Of a stretch of 64,000 nt of DNA, positions 62,901 to 64,000 are shown piece by piece (the first letter of the stretch is position 1; each line of letters opens with the position of its first letter). The DNA lies in assembly GCF_001194135.2 (NCBI RefSeq), contig NC_068998.1, forward strand, positions 31,073,937 to 31,137,936, written 5' to 3'. Below the pieces are notes generated by a model. The model did no database searches. It was given only the letters and a program-made list of their open reading frames with translations, and was not told where the DNA came from. Made by a program: the position numbers and the translations under genes. The stretch is from Octopus bimaculoides (taxonomy: Eukaryota).

Positions 62901-63213
62901 TCACTCTTCACACATGTCTATTTTAAATTCATTACTCTCTTTGATTTAGTATTGTCTTTTATACTCTCTTCATTGTCTTTTATTTAGAATCTACTTTCAT
63001 TCACATTCTGATTTCACTTACACTCTGCTTTCACTCACATTCCAATTAAAAGACACTGTTGTGCTCTTACTGTGTATTCTTACAATGTTGTCTTCTCTCA
63101 GGTACCTGTTGCCCCACTTAACATTTTCTCTAATTGTTTAAGACACACATGGAGGTCTATTCTTTTACATTCTCATTGTTTTACTAACACTTTACTTTCT
63201 CTATCTATTGTAG

Positions 63214-63310
63214 GATTTTCAGAGCTGCTCTATGGATTCTGGGAGAATATTGTGACAGTTTAAAAGAAATTGAAGATGTTATGTTTCTTATCAAACAGTC
63301 CATTGGGCAG
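63214..63310 (+). CDS. COPB1: Coatomer subunit beta, internal exon (G + IFRAALWILGEYCDSLKEIEDVMFLIKQSIGQ)
   Basis: TAG acceptor; the first G completes the split Lys codon AA|G; GTATGT donor at 63311; matches KIYRGALWILGEYC. Confidence 0.96.
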
Positions 63311-63965
63311 GTATGTAAATGTTAATACACACACTCATCAACATCATCATAACTTTAATATCTTATTTTCTATGTTTACATATATGTTGGGCAGAATTTT
63401 GTAGGCCAGATGCCCTTCTTGTAAACCACACTTGCTATCAAGCAAGGCAATAATTTTCCAGCCTGCTGAATAACAAACAGCATGGACATGGTTATGTGGA
63501 AAACTGGAAACAAATGATACTTTGTGAATGAGCCTTTTGTTTACAAAGATGCTGCAACACGTCAAGAGGCCTAGATATATTCTCACAGTGGATTGCAAGC
63601 AAATGACACTGCCAGTAGGCCATTGTTTACAGCTAGCAAACACTTGAAGAAAAAGAATACAAGCTTACTTAAATGCATATGTATGCACATGCATGCATAC
63701 ATACACTTGTGCATGCATACAATAGACTTCTTTCTTAATACCATTGGAAATATATACTGACAAATTTAATTATAACATATATGTGAGTGTGTGTGTGTAC
63801 ATATGTATACACACACACACACACACACATACAAATATATATGAAACACTGTCAACTAACATATTTATTGTACAAGTTATAGGAAAATAATTGACTGTAC
63901 ATGGTCCTAGTAAATATGAACAAATTAGTAATACACATGCCCATCTATACACACGGACACACCCA

Positions 63966-64000
<35 letters not shown>

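Overview
AT-rich, gap-containing eukaryotic scaffold; the repeat repertoire suggests an octopus or other coleoid cephalopod (inference). The only host gene is coatomer subunit beta (COPB1, + strand), present as seven internal coding exons (846 nt, 282 codons, equivalent to about human residues 203-484) with canonical AG/GT junctions. Its introns range from 639 bp to 35.6 kb, and both gene ends lie outside the window. Everything else is intronic transposon material: a young piggyBac family (near-complete copy, deletion derivative, terminal fragments), an older piggyBac, Tc1/mariner/pogo remnants, MITEs, RTE and CR1-like LINEs, tRNA-derived SINEs and many Penelope-like element (PLE) pieces. The unannotated signal is RNA structure. 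At least eight loci carry minimal type-I hammerhead ribozyme (HHR) motifs of several sequence families, and most sit in head-to-head fold-back repeats (antisense arm first, sense arm second). One pair encloses a tRNA-like Pol III cassette (20560-20954), and another, with both cores intact, brackets a 3.6-kb RTE LINE (34449-38576). All alignments and folds were done by eye; no database search was run.
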